This document shows, one piece after another, positions 48,615 to 57,993 of a stretch of DNA of 64,000 nucleotides; positions within the stretch are counted from its first letter, which is position 1, and every line of letters begins with the position of its first letter. The position numbers were made by a program, and so were the translations under genes. Source of the DNA: Candidatus Aenigmatarchaeota archaeon. GTDB lineage: Archaea; Aenigmatarchaeota; Aenigmatarchaeia; QMZP01; QMZT01. The notes under the pieces were generated by a model. That model saw nothing but the letters and a program-made list of their open reading frames with translations. It was not told where the DNA came from and ran no database searches. The stretch spans positions 32,001-96,000 of the forward strand of contig JBGPQP010000002.1 of the NCBI GenBank assembly GCA_041489155.1. Reading direction: 5' to 3'.

Positions 48615-49106
48615 ATGATGGGAAAGAAAATCTCCGGTCAGACGAGCATGATACTCATAGTACTGGTAATAGTGATATTCATAGCGCTGAGCATATTTTT
48701 GCTGATATCCTCCCTCAAACCAGTCCACGACGATTATTACAACCTTTATGCCCATAACCTTCTGCTGTCGGTCCTCAGGTGGGACACTGGTTTGGGCGGA
48801 GACTGCGATACCATATCCTCGACGATATCCTGCGCCTACATGACGCCTTACACAAGATGCGGCATAACTGACTGCAGGACCCTTGCTCAGGAAGTTGTGC
48901 CTCAGGTTGTAGCCAGCATTGTAAAAACGACTTTCGATTACTGCATTATAGTCGAACCGGAAAACAAGACCTCGTATGAAGAGACGATGATCTACGGTCC
49001 GAGGTGTGATGTGGCGCAGTCGAAATCAACGAGATGGACGGCGAACGAGAAAATCCTGCAGTACGAGGCGAACATCGACATAAAGATGATAATAGCAGAG
49101 AGCTAA
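48615..49106 (+). CDS. Pilin-like protein (class III signal peptide)
   Basis: KKISG|QTSMILIVLV, six Cys. Confidence 0.7.
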   Translation: MMGKKISGQTSMILIVLVIVIFIALSIFLLISSLKPVHDDYYNLYAHNLLLSVLRWDTGLGGDCDTISSTISCAYMTPYTRCGITDCRTLAQEVVPQVVASIVKTTFDYCIIVEPENKTSYEETMIYGPRCDVAQSKSTRWTANEKILQYEANIDIKMIIAES

Positions 49107-49168
49107 AATAATGCTTATTGGGCTCAATGCACGGATAAAAAACTTCTGAATAATCTTTATTTGTTAAC

Positions 49169-50077
49169 ATGAAAAAATATGTACCGGACCTGGTTACACG
49201 CTCTGATGCAGCTAAATATTTAGATATCTCAGGGGAGCAGGTAGACAAATATCTAAGGCCGGTAATGCGGGATGGAAAGCCCCATAAGAAGGGAAGAGAG
49301 TTCGCATATTTTAGAGTCGATTTGATACAAGCAAAAATTGAAAAGGACAAAGCCGAAAAAAGAGCTAGAATGACGACACTTGGGCCGGAAAATCTTGATC
49401 CATCTGAGAAAGAGAAACTGGATGGAAGCTCATTAATTTATGAGGCATGGTGTGCCTTGGGCGACAGAATAGGTGAACTTTCCGAACCTCAGAGAAAGAT
49501 AATAGAAGGGATATTGGGTAAAAATGAGACATACACTGGGGATAAAATTATAAAAAGCATTTCTTATGGCTGGTCAACGAAGATCAAGCTCAAACCTAGC
49601 ATCATATCAAAATACGTCGACCCTTCGGTGCTTGAAAGAGAAGGTGTGATAGAAACCGGTTATAATGAGAAAGTATGGATGGAGGGTGGGCGGGAAATCA
49701 TCAGAGATCAGCTGTATGCCGTGCTCCAGAAATTTGAAAAAATATGCAAAAGAGGGAAAGTGGATGTTACTACAATGAACCAAAAGGCTTTCAATGGATT
49801 TGTAACTGATTTTTCAAAAAAATATGGCGTTGAAATACCTCCAAGCATTTTGAAGAGAATGCTGACTGATTATAAAAACCAGAATCTAACAGACGACAAA
49901 CTAGGAAATTACGCAAGAAATCTTTTCACAAGAACCGTATCTAAAAAACTTAAAACCAGAAATCTTAGGATAACCATGGCTGACAAGCAGCTCATAGAGC
50001 AGATAGCTCGAGGTAGGGCAGAAAAATTGGATTTCCCAGAGTTACAGCACGTTTTAAACTTGCTGCTTGGCGAGTGA
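49169..50077 (+). CDS. Hypothetical protein with N-terminal HTH-like segment
   Basis: LVTRSDAAKYLDISGEQVDKYL resembles an excisionase/MerR-like HTH. AT-rich codon usage. Confidence 0.55.
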   Translation: MKKYVPDLVTRSDAAKYLDISGEQVDKYLRPVMRDGKPHKKGREFAYFRVDLIQAKIEKDKAEKRARMTTLGPENLDPSEKEKLDGSSLIYEAWCALGDRIGELSEPQRKIIEGILGKNETYTGDKIIKSISYGWSTKIKLKPSIISKYVDPSVLEREGVIETGYNEKVWMEGGREIIRDQLYAVLQKFEKICKRGKVDVTTMNQKAFNGFVTDFSKKYGVEIPPSILKRMLTDYKNQNLTDDKLGNYARNLFTRTVSKKLKTRNLRITMADKQLIEQIARGRAEKLDFPELQHVLNLLLGE

Positions 50078-50106
50078 TTTTTAAACCAAAGCCGTTATTT
50101 CTCATT

Positions 50107-51357
50107 ATGAAACGCGTTTACATGGAGACATACGGCTGTTCTGCAAATCAGGCGCATGCCGAGACAATGCAAGGCGTCCTGGCAGACAACGGCTTCAGCA
50201 TCGTGAAAAATTCAGAAAAGGCGGACGTGCTTCTCATAAACACATGCATCGTCAAAAGCCAGACGGAAAACAAGATAAGACACAGGCTCATGTATCTGGC
50301 GGAAAAATATCCCCGAAAGAAAATGCTCATAGCCGGCTGCGCTGCTGACGTTGGTTTGTTCAGGAACATCGCCAAGAATGCAGCCTTCCTGTCCTCGCTT
50401 AAGCCTGAAGATGCGGCTAGGTTGCTGAAAAACCAGACAAAAGAAAGCAAGAGGAAGGCCAGAAGAAACCCGCTCGTGGGCATAACCGAGATTGCAAGCG
50501 GCTGCCTAGGCAACTGCGCTTACTGCATAGTCAGGCTGGCGAAAGGCGACCTGAAATCAAGAAGCCCGGAGGCAATTGTGCAAGAAGTTGAAAACGCGAT
50601 AAAAGAAGGCTGTGAAGAGATATGGGTAACATCGCAGGACTGCGGCTGTTACGGCCTTGACAAAAAAACCGATCTTGCAGAACTTCTGGAAAAAATCGTT
50701 GGAATAAAGGGAAATTTCAGAATACGCATTGGCATGATGAACCCGGTACACATAGAACCAATTACTGATGCTCTGATTGACATTTACAAGAACCCGAAGA
50801 TATACAAATTTGTCCACATTCCGGTGCAGTCCGGCTCTGACAGAATTCTGAGACTTATGAAAAGAGGATACGGGGCCGGTGATTTTGAGAAAATTGTTGA
50901 ACGTTTCAGGGGAGCAGTAGGGAACATGACCCTGTCAACGGACATAATAGTCGGCTTCCCTGGAGAAACAGAACAAGATTTCTGCAAAACGCTTGAGATG
51001 ATAAAAAGAGTTAAACCTGACATAGTCAATTTATCTAAATTCGGCCCGAGGCCAGGAACTGAAGCAGCCAAAATGAAGCAGGTTGAAAACAGAATAATAA
51101 AGGAGAGATCATCAAAAATTGCGAGGCTTCTGAAGGAAATCGAAACGGGGAAAAATATGGAATGGATCGGGAAGGAATGCGAGATAGTTATAACCGAAAG
51201 AGGAAAGAAGGCTAATCAGTTCATGGGAAGGAACGAAAGCTACAAGCCTGTTGTTGTTGAAAGTAAAAAGAACTTGATGGGCAAAGTCTTGAGGGTAAGG
51301 ATTTCGGATGCCGACCAGACATATCTTAGCGCCGAAATCATTCAAAAGTCGGCATGA
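50107..51357 (+). CDS. mtaB: tRNA t6A37 methylthiotransferase (archaeal MtaB/CDKAL1 type)
   Basis: ETYGCSAN, NTC, AGC, GCLGNCAYC, RIGMMNP, PVQSGSD, DIIVGFPGET, TRAM tail. Confidence 0.88.
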   Translation: MKRVYMETYGCSANQAHAETMQGVLADNGFSIVKNSEKADVLLINTCIVKSQTENKIRHRLMYLAEKYPRKKMLIAGCAADVGLFRNIAKNAAFLSSLKPEDAARLLKNQTKESKRKARRNPLVGITEIASGCLGNCAYCIVRLAKGDLKSRSPEAIVQEVENAIKEGCEEIWVTSQDCGCYGLDKKTDLAELLEKIVGIKGNFRIRIGMMNPVHIEPITDALIDIYKNPKIYKFVHIPVQSGSDRILRLMKRGYGAGDFEKIVERFRGAVGNMTLSTDIIVGFPGETEQDFCKTLEMIKRVKPDIVNLSKFGPRPGTEAAKMKQVENRIIKERSSKIARLLKEIETGKNMEWIGKECEIVITERGKKANQFMGRNESYKPVVVESKKNLMGKVLRVRISDADQTYLSAEIIQKSA

Positions 51358-51766
51358 AACCGCTTGCCATCCCGATAAGCATGGGCACAAGGAAGATACT
51401 CAATGCGAAACCTATTATGCCTGTAATTATCGCGTGCGAGAACTTCATTTCCTTGAAGAACATTTTTATCAGTATTACCCATATCAGAATCGGCAAGACC
51501 CATGTTATCATCGGTATGAACGAGACATAAGGCGATATGAGTGCCACTACGCCAAGAAGGTTGATGATGTTTATTATGAGAACCACTAGAAACGCGTTCA
51601 CCGGGTGAATCTTTTCCTTGAATTTCTTGCCGAATATTTCCACGATTACGAGAAGCACGATGCCTCCTATAAGCGTGGACAATATCAGGTTCATTGCCAG
51701 CGTTATCGGGTGCGCGAAATCGACGCCGAGATTTGTGACCAGATTGGTCAATGCGTCTCCTGCCAT
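51338..51766 (-). CDS. Hypothetical 4-TM membrane protein
   Basis: Four hydrophobic helices; downstream of glmS. Confidence 0.7.
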   Translation of the reverse strand: MAGDALTNLVTNLGVDFAHPITLAMNLILSTLIGGIVLLVIVEIFGKKFKEKIHPVNAFLVVLIINIINLLGVVALISPYVSFIPMITWVLPILIWVILIKMFFKEMKFSHAIITGIIGFALSIFLVPMLIGMASGFMPTFE

Positions 51767-51797
51767 ATTAATAATTTGTCTGCTGCCGCTTTTAAAT

Positions 51798-53555
51798 CTA
51801 CTTTACTGTTACCGATTTTGCCAGATTCCTCGGTGTATCTATTTCACATCCTCTCTGCAGGCCGAGGTGATAGGCCAGCAGCTGGATCGGGATTATGTTC
51901 ACAAGCGGCGAAGCGAGACCGACATCCGGCGTCTTTATCCAGAAATCGAAAACGTCATATTTCTTCGGCCCGACTCCGATTATGTAACCGCCCCGCGCCT
52001 TGATTTCCATGGCGTTGCTTATCGTGTCATGGTCAGCGCCGCCTCCGGTCAGAACTATGCAGGGCGTGTTTTTTTCTATAAGCGCGATAGGCCCGTGCTT
52101 CAGCTCGCCTCCGGCGAAACCATGGGCGTGTATGTAGCTGACCTCCATTATCTTAAGGGCGGATTCCAAGGCGACCGGATAGTTGAGGGACCGTCCTATC
52201 ACATAGATGTTCCTTTTCCTGCATATCTGCTTAGCCAAGTTCTTTATCCTTTCATCGTATCTGGGATTAAGCATGTCATTTATTTTACCGGCGGCGTCAA
52301 GCAGAAGCCATTTGCCTTCATCCATCTTGCCTTTGCATGCATATGCAATAAGATATATTATTGCAAGCTGTGCGGTCGTGGCTTTCGTAGAAGCTACTGC
52401 TTTTTCCGGGCCTGCATTTATGAAAAAGGTGAAATCTGACATGCGGTCTAGTGATGAACCTTTAACGTTTATCAGCGATATTACCTTTACGCCTTTTGTC
52501 TTGGCCGCCTTCACGGCTTCCAAGACATCCGCAGTCTCCCCGCTCTGGGAAACGGTTATCAGCAGGGTTTTCTTTGTGAGAAAATCCGTGTAATTCGGGA
52601 ATTCGGAAGAAACTATGTAATTGACATGCTTGTTGGCAATGGCAGAAAATATGTACTCGCCGGTATGGCATACGTTTCCGGCAGTTCCGCATCCTGTAAG
52701 GAAAACGCCGTAAGCCTTGTTTATCTCTTTTGCTACCTTCTCTATTTCCCTGTCGTTCTGGTTTATCGCCCTGATGATGGTTTCCTTCTGCTCCATTATT
52801 TCTTTTATCATGAAATGTTCGTAGTCGCCTTTCTCTGCCTGCCTCGCATCCCAGTCTATCCTTATTATCCTTTTTTCGATGTTCTTGCCGCTTTCTATGC
52901 TCAGGAATACTGGTTTTTTGTATCTTTCAAGAACGACCATTTCCCCGTCATCAAGATACATGACATTGTTTGTTCTCTTCAGAAACGCGGGAACGTCCGA
53001 TGCAATGAAGTATTCATTGCTGCCTACCCCGAGAATAAGAGGCGAGCCGTTCCTTGCGGCAACGATGCCGTCAAAATCATCTTTTATGGCCAGAACAGCA
53101 GACCTGCCCTTCAATAATCTCATGGTCCTTCTCAAAGCTTCCGGCAGGCCGAGCTCGATGTTGTCTTCTATGAGATGCGCTACAATCTCGCTGTCGGTTT
53201 CTGATCTGAACACGTGCCCTTTCTTTGCCAGACTCTTCCTGATTGCCTCGAAGTTCTCTATTATACCGTTATGGATTATTGCTATGCGCTTTTCGCAGTC
53301 AAGATGTGGGTGCGCATTCGCCTTGGAAGCCTTGCCATGCGTTGCCCATCTGGTATGCGCAATCCCAAGGGAACCAGGAAGTTTTTCGAAGCCTGCCTCG
53401 CTTACCTTTCCCTTGCTCTTTCTTACCCATATCTTTCCGTTTTCAAGCGTTGCGAAGCCATAGGAATCATAACCACGGTATTCGAGCTTCCGCAGACCAT
53501 CAAAAAGCAGGGGTGTCGCGTCGCTTTTTCCTATGTAGCCTATTATGCCGCACAT
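51798..53555 (-). CDS. glmS: Glutamine-fructose-6-phosphate transaminase
   Basis: MCGIIG, LEYRGYDS, HTRWATHG, SQSGETAD, ELKHGP, PRNLAKSVTV. Confidence 0.97.
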   Translation of the reverse strand: MCGIIGYIGKSDATPLLFDGLRKLEYRGYDSYGFATLENGKIWVRKSKGKVSEAGFEKLPGSLGIAHTRWATHGKASKANAHPHLDCEKRIAIIHNGIIENFEAIRKSLAKKGHVFRSETDSEIVAHLIEDNIELGLPEALRRTMRLLKGRSAVLAIKDDFDGIVAARNGSPLILGVGSNEYFIASDVPAFLKRTNNVMYLDDGEMVVLERYKKPVFLSIESGKNIEKRIIRIDWDARQAEKGDYEHFMIKEIMEQKETIIRAINQNDREIEKVAKEINKAYGVFLTGCGTAGNVCHTGEYIFSAIANKHVNYIVSSEFPNYTDFLTKKTLLITVSQSGETADVLEAVKAAKTKGVKVISLINVKGSSLDRMSDFTFFINAGPEKAVASTKATTAQLAIIYLIAYACKGKMDEGKWLLLDAAGKINDMLNPRYDERIKNLAKQICRKRNIYVIGRSLNYPVALESALKIMEVSYIHAHGFAGGELKHGPIALIEKNTPCIVLTGGGADHDTISNAMEIKARGGYIIGVGPKKYDVFDFWIKTPDVGLASPLVNIIPIQLLAYHLGLQRGCEIDTPRNLAKSVTVK

Positions 53556-53591
53556 GAGAATTCATTCTCCTTCGTTATATAAACGCTTTAT

Positions 53592-53688
53592 TGAAAAATT
53601 TTTCATAATATTACGCTTCCTTGAGCAGCATGTTTATATAACTTTGTTATGATAAAGTTTTAAATATTATAAAAAAATTTATAATATT
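53592..53688. promoter_or_regulatory. Candidate operator palindromes between glmS and its divergent regulator
   Basis: TGAAAAATTTTTCA perfect palindrome (53592-53605). AATATTATAAA-N4-TTTATAATATT perfect 11-bp inverted repeat (53663-53688). Confidence 0.45.
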
Positions 53689-54615
53689 ATGAAAGAGAAA
53701 TACTACATCCTAAGAACCGGGAAAGCAAACGAAATCTCGAATGCGAAGGTTTTTGAAAGACCCGAGGTCATGAAATCCATGACCAGCCCTCTAGGCATCA
53801 GAATACTGCAAGCGCTTTCTTCGCCGAAATGCCCGATGGATATAGCCAGAAAACTCGGCGAGCATGAGCAGAAAATCTATTATTATATAAACAAGTTCAG
53901 GAAACACGGCCTTATAGAAGAAATCAGAACGGAAAAAAGGAAAGGGACGCTGGCTAAATTCTACCAGATAACCAGCAACGCATTCATAGTCAGAATAGGC
54001 GAAACCAGATGGGAAAAATTTGACTCTTCCTCGCCACACCAGAAAAAATCGCTCGAACCTTTCATAAAGAATGGGAAAATTGATTTTACCATAATTATCG
54101 GCTCCCCTGATCCTCACGGCCCATGGAAGGAGCGCGCGCTGGATTCGCCGGCAGCGATTGACCTCGCCCTTTTCCTGGGATCTTTTGCAAAGGAAAAGAT
54201 TTCGCCCAATTACAAATTGGATATAGAGATTCGCGAAAAGGATCTGAAAAACAATCTGATACTGATAGGAGGGCCCGTCGTCAACATGGTAACCAAAAGG
54301 CTGAACAAATCAATGCCCGTGAACTTCGATTTCAAGGGCAGGGACATAATGTCCGGCATTTCAAAAAACGTCTACAAGGACGACCAGTTCGGCATCATAA
54401 ACCTGATCGAAAACCCATGGAACCGCTCGAAAAAGATTCTGGTTTTCGCTGGCAAGCGCTTTCCAGGGACGAGAGCGGCGATACTTGCCTTCATGAGCGA
54501 TCCAGAGCGTATACTCAGAGGCAACCGCTTCGACCATTCGAAAATATCGAAGGTCGTCAGAGGATATGACATGGACGGCGACGGCATCATAGACAAGGCG
54601 GAGATACTGGAATAA
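53689..54615 (+). CDS. ArsR-like wHTH regulator fused to an S-layer-C-terminal-like alpha/beta domain
   Basis: RILQAL..PKCPMDIARKLGEHEQKIYYYI. C-terminal IIGSPDPHG, NLILIGGPVVN, VFAG..GTRAA. Confidence 0.75.
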   Translation: MKEKYYILRTGKANEISNAKVFERPEVMKSMTSPLGIRILQALSSPKCPMDIARKLGEHEQKIYYYINKFRKHGLIEEIRTEKRKGTLAKFYQITSNAFIVRIGETRWEKFDSSSPHQKKSLEPFIKNGKIDFTIIIGSPDPHGPWKERALDSPAAIDLALFLGSFAKEKISPNYKLDIEIREKDLKNNLILIGGPVVNMVTKRLNKSMPVNFDFKGRDIMSGISKNVYKDDQFGIINLIENPWNRSKKILVFAGKRFPGTRAAILAFMSDPERILRGNRFDHSKISKVVRGYDMDGDGIIDKAEILE

Positions 54616-54626
54616 AAAGTCCTGTT

Positions 54627-55700
54627 TTATTTTAATTTAACAGTCCAATATGACGGATCTGGTTTAGCTCCCATTTCCCTCTTAAAATCATCCAGACTTT
54701 TGAGTTCGGACCCTCCAAGGAGAACTTCTTCAATACCATTTGATTTCAAATCTTCAAACAGTGTGAGATAAGCTCCTATTGGCATCGCGGTTAAACCTCT
54801 TTTCCTTTCTGGTTCATTTCCGAGAATTTCATCGACATTCCTTATCGTAAATGGTGTATATAACGCGACTCTTCTGTCAGAAACCTTTTCGCCAACAAAC
54901 AATGAGACGGGCACGCAGTCATCCAAAAAACCGAGATATGAAAATACCGAATTCAATTTTGTCAAGTTCGGATCTATGGAGTTATAATGGTCTTCTGGAA
55001 CCGAACTGATTTGTCTACCCATTTTCCTGAGCATCTCAAAATGTTTTCTTATAATTAGTTTTGCAGTATCATGATCTTCTTTTCCGTGATAACGCCTAAG
55101 ATTATACTCCAAACCATTTCTTTTCAAGAAATTATCGAACCTGTTGGATGCCAGCCTTAATTTTCTATTGGTAATATCGTTTAGAGTTATCAAAGAATGT
55201 GAAAAGGTCTCGTCTTCTCTGGGAGCAGACTGATGCCATGGATTATTGGATTCATCGACGGATACGAAACCCTCATAAAGCAATTCATCTTGTTGCTTTC
55301 TTGCCAAAAAGCGCACATAAACTCCTTTGCAGAGTATTTTGCAATCACTTATTGCAACATCAGTAAATTTCATGATTTTCTTTGTCGCGTTTTTACCTCT
55401 TGGTGCAACCACAAAAAGATAACCATCAGACTCTTCTGGTTCCAACTCTTTCCTATAATAGCCGATGGAAAATAAGGTTTCCCCATCTTCAAAAACCATC
55501 CCGTAGGGATACCTTGAACTTCTTCCCCTAGGATTAAGGCCGTTTGAATAAAGAGCGAAAGCTAAATTACTTAGTCCATAGCTACCGTCTTTATACTTTT
55601 CGATTATTCCACTTTCTTTTGGAGTATAGGGTCTGACTACCCCCTTAAACTTGTTTAACAAAATGCTTTCTGCGATATCTCTCCTGGTACCTATAGTCAT
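54627..55700 (-). CDS. Hypothetical protein, possible GNAT-fold (DUF2156/FemAB-like) transferase
   Basis: C-terminal EEVLLGGSELKSLDDFKREMGAKP. AT-rich. Confidence 0.45.
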   Translation of the reverse strand: MTIGTRRDIAESILLNKFKGVVRPYTPKESGIIEKYKDGSYGLSNLAFALYSNGLNPRGRSSRYPYGMVFEDGETLFSIGYYRKELEPEESDGYLFVVAPRGKNATKKIMKFTDVAISDCKILCKGVYVRFLARKQQDELLYEGFVSVDESNNPWHQSAPREDETFSHSLITLNDITNRKLRLASNRFDNFLKRNGLEYNLRRYHGKEDHDTAKLIIRKHFEMLRKMGRQISSVPEDHYNSIDPNLTKLNSVFSYLGFLDDCVPVSLFVGEKVSDRRVALYTPFTIRNVDEILGNEPERKRGLTAMPIGAYLTLFEDLKSNGIEEVLLGGSELKSLDDFKREMGAKPDPSYWTVKLK

Positions 55701-55794
55701 TTTATCACTAAATGATAGTTATTACTAGACTATATTAAATATTGTAGTAAAAACTTTTACGAAAATATTTAAATATGGAAGGCAATCTAATTTT

Positions 55795-56520
55795 ATGAAA
55801 GAAGTGCTGAAAGAGCTTGGCCTCACGAACAACGAGATTGAGGTGTATCTAACGCTCCTGAGAAAGGGGTCGATATCGGTCAATGAGATTGCGCAGCGAT
55901 CAGGCCTTCACAGGCAGGCCGTTTACGACGCGCTGGAGCGGCTTCTCGAGAAAGGGTTCGTCAGCTTCGTCATAAAAAACGGCAAGAAATATTTCCAAGG
56001 AATTGCTCCCGGAAAAATACTGGGCTACCTCAAGGAAAGGGAAGATAGATTCAGGTCGATATTGCCTGAACTGATAGGTATGACCAAACTCCCGATGGAA
56101 GACACGACGGTCGAGGTTTTCAAGGGCAGAAGAATCGTAAAAACAATCTACAGGGACATAATAAATGAATTCCAGAAAAAACCCGGGGAAATCTTTATTT
56201 CAGGGGTCGATGAGAGGAGATTTGTGGATGAGGATAAAATCGCCCTGTACCAGCACTTGAAGAGGCTTCAAAAATTAGATTGCTCCGAGAGGATACTGGT
56301 AAAGGAAGGTGATACTTATTTTGTCAAAGGTACCCAGACTGAATACAGATGGATTCCTAAGGAATCGTTTAACCCGACTCCGATTTATGTATATGGCAAC
56401 AAGCTCACAATAGTTATCTGGGGCAGTCCAAATTACGCGATAATAATCGAGAATAGAAATCTAGCCGATTCGTACAGGAAGCAGTTCAATCTGCTTTGGA
56501 AGATTTCCAAAAGGGTGTGA
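55795..56520 (+). CDS. TrmB-family transcriptional regulator
   Basis: LKELGLTNNEIEVYLTLL, YDALERLLEKGFV, PLD-like C-terminal domain (YVYGNK...A..Y...F..LW). Confidence 0.88.
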   Translation: MKEVLKELGLTNNEIEVYLTLLRKGSISVNEIAQRSGLHRQAVYDALERLLEKGFVSFVIKNGKKYFQGIAPGKILGYLKEREDRFRSILPELIGMTKLPMEDTTVEVFKGRRIVKTIYRDIINEFQKKPGEIFISGVDERRFVDEDKIALYQHLKRLQKLDCSERILVKEGDTYFVKGTQTEYRWIPKESFNPTPIYVYGNKLTIVIWGSPNYAIIIENRNLADSYRKQFNLLWKISKRV

Positions 56521-56561
56521 TGACACATCCTTTATTTAAAATTTTAAGGGAAATAATCAAC

Positions 56562-56789
56562 ATGAAAACTGGAGAAAAAGGCAAGGACCGGGATTTGCCG
56601 GTCATACTTTACGGCTTTATTATAGTAATCATAGCAGTGCTTGGAATACTGGCCTTGAATTTAGGTGCGAGCCGCATAACGGGAGGTATCGCTTCCCTTT
56701 CCCAGTCACCTGAAATAATGCTTGCCATGGTGTTTTTTGCAGTGGTTCTAATCGGCGGGTTTTATCTGTTCAAGAACAAGGAAGTATGA
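56562..56789 (+). CDS. Small 2-TM protein
   Basis: Two TMs flanking ITGG. Confidence 0.6.
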   Translation: MKTGEKGKDRDLPVILYGFIIVIIAVLGILALNLGASRITGGIASLSQSPEIMLAMVFFAVVLIGGFYLFKNKEV

Positions 56790-56799
56790 TCAAAAAACA

Positions 56800-57993
56800 T
56801 TATTCGAAAATCATTGCTCTCGGCTGTTTCGAGCGCTCTGTCTCCCGCTCCTCGAACATTCCGATTGCCTGATCTATATCGGTTTTCATCTTCTCAAAGC
56901 GCTGCTCGTAGTTATTGACGAAGTCGTTTATGAACTGCGTCATGTGGGCGCGGAATACCTTTATCTCCTCTGACTTCTTGGCGAGGTCCGACGAGGTTTT
57001 CGCCTCGCCCAGCGAGAGACGTGCAATTATTTTGTCGCTTGCCTCGTTAAGCTTTGCGACGAGATTCTCCTTGAAGATCTTGTTTTCCTCGGCGAATTTC
57101 GCGAAATTCTCCTCGCTGATTTTCTTAAGGTTTTCAAGGCCGAGTTCTACGTTCTTCAGCCTGTGGTCGAAATAGGAATCCTTTTCCTTCATGGAATCCA
57201 AGCGCCCTGCAACGTTCTTGAACTCGTTCATGAGCGAGCCGAAGTCCCTCTTGAGATTCTCCTTTTTCACGCTGAACATGTCGAGCTTGCCTGCAACGCT
57301 CATTTCGAACTCCTCTATTTTTGCTTTCTGCTCGTCAGCGAATTTCTCGAAGTCCTTTACGTCCTTCGTCAGCCTAGCTTCAAGGGCTTTTGCCTTCGCG
57401 ACCTCTGACATCAGCTCTTTTTCGACTAAATTCATCCTCTCGTTTATTCCGCTTTTCAATGCATCCTGCCTTCCCGAGAGCTCTGAAATGGATTTGTTCA
57501 GTAAATTCACATCATTACAAAGCTTAGCGATGTTTTTGGCGTATTCCTCGTTTCTTTCGATGGTTTTTCGTATGCTTTCCTTCAAAGCCTGTGTATCTTT
57601 GAGGTTTTTGTCCATCGTGTCCTTTAACTGAGAAGAAAGGGTGGCGCTTATCGCTTTCGACCTTTCAGTAAGCTGTGCATTTATCTCCCTTCCTATGAGC
57701 TTTATGTCCTCCTCTGACTTATTTTTCAGGGCAATCTGCTTGCTCTCGACAGAAGCGATTGCCTTTTCAAGCGAGCTCATGAAAGAGCGGATATTCGTAA
57801 GCGTGTCGTCTTTTCTCTCGAGCTTTTCCTGCGCGATTTGCAGTTCGCCCTTGAGAAGCCCGATTTCCTGCGAGTTTTTGTCGCCCGTTTTTTTCACCTG
57901 TTCAATTATGTAGTCGTGTTTCTGGCGAAGCTCTTCTTTCTCTTTCTTTATCTCGTTTATTCTTTCCTTTATCCTGTCAATTTTTTCGCTCAT
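56800..57993 (-). CDS. Long coiled-coil protein (397 aa)
   Basis: Heptad-rich, nearly Pro-free, K/E-rich. ATGA overlap with the upstream gene. Confidence 0.85.
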   Translation of the reverse strand: MSEKIDRIKERINEIKKEKEELRQKHDYIIEQVKKTGDKNSQEIGLLKGELQIAQEKLERKDDTLTNIRSFMSSLEKAIASVESKQIALKNKSEEDIKLIGREINAQLTERSKAISATLSSQLKDTMDKNLKDTQALKESIRKTIERNEEYAKNIAKLCNDVNLLNKSISELSGRQDALKSGINERMNLVEKELMSEVAKAKALEARLTKDVKDFEKFADEQKAKIEEFEMSVAGKLDMFSVKKENLKRDFGSLMNEFKNVAGRLDSMKEKDSYFDHRLKNVELGLENLKKISEENFAKFAEENKIFKENLVAKLNEASDKIIARLSLGEAKTSSDLAKKSEEIKVFRAHMTQFINDFVNNYEQRFEKMKTDIDQAIGMFEERETERSKQPRAMIFE

